Positions 63,493 through 64,000 of a stretch of 64,000 nt of DNA are shown piece after piece. The stretch covers positions 1 to 64,000 of the forward strand of contig JYFJ02001079.1 of NCBI GenBank assembly GCA_000934665.2, in the 5' to 3' direction. Both the position numbers and the translations under genes were made by a program. The notes under the pieces are model-generated. The model was not told the DNA's origin and made no database searches. It saw only the letters and a program-made list of their open reading frames with translations. Numbering within the stretch: the first letter of the stretch is position 1; every line of letters starts with the position of its first letter. Source of the stretch: Catajapyx aquilonaris (Eukaryota).

Positions 63493-64000
63493 AGATGCTA
63501 TTTTACCACTATTTCAAGTGGAAATTTAGTAGTGTACATTACGAACTGTTTGCATTGCGCGTTATTTCCCCAGTTGGCAGGTCCATATTTCGGCGAGGTT
63601 TTTTTTTCGTCTCTGGCAAAATAGAGCTAGGCCATGGCTTTTCTGCGAGTCTGATCGCGCAAATGATATTTATGGGCTGGGTCCCATGTTCAACTTGTGG
63701 GAGGGCTACAAGGCGTCATGTATCACACTCAAGCGCTTTAATGGCGGAACCCCCCCCTTTCCACCCCACTTATTATTTTCCAAATACTAATCATCTCGTG
63801 AGCCGGAAACAAAGCAGGAGGCGAAAAAAATGGCGCGGGGGGGCGGCTCGTAATTTGTGCATCAGGAATCCCATTAGTTTCGGGTTCTTTTCCAGGAGGG
63901 CTAGGCAAGCAGGAACTGTTAAATAGGACTGAGTTGTGAAATTTCTCTATTTGCGAAAGAAATGAATGGCGAATTTGCAAAAAGGTTTTCATATTTGTGT

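Overview
This window is eukaryotic, essentially non-coding DNA from an animal, probably an arthropod. That assignment is inferred from interstitial (TTAGG)n tracts and the SINE, Helitron and MITE types present. None of the listed ORFs looks like an intact gene: the long ones are translations of tandem repeats. The dominant feature is a regular alternation across all 64 kb. Roughly 45-50 unique, more GC-rich, motif-dense 'islands' of about 0.4-0.9 kb (counted by eye) are separated by spacers of about 0.3-1.4 kb. Many spacers are minisatellites or degenerate arrays built on one short motif (often TCGA-centred: ATCGAT/TATCGATA/TTCGAA; others GTAC, TTGCCCC, TTAGG, AATTCCGTC, ATGATTCA or a 7-bp period), and the rest are AT-rich DNA or transposon debris. 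Discrete elements I can support: a strong 33-nt minus-strand microexon candidate (32374-32406), which would make the window intronic to a large gene; a hAT MITE with TIRs and an 8-bp TSD; a palindromic Tc1/mariner MITE; three copies of a small non-autonomous Helitron; a tRNA-derived SINE fragment; an LTR end plus tRNA-Lys primer-binding site inside telomere-like repeats; probable LINE and pogo-like coding remnants; and two long palindromes with 1-nt spacers. All regulatory calls are motif-level inferences only.
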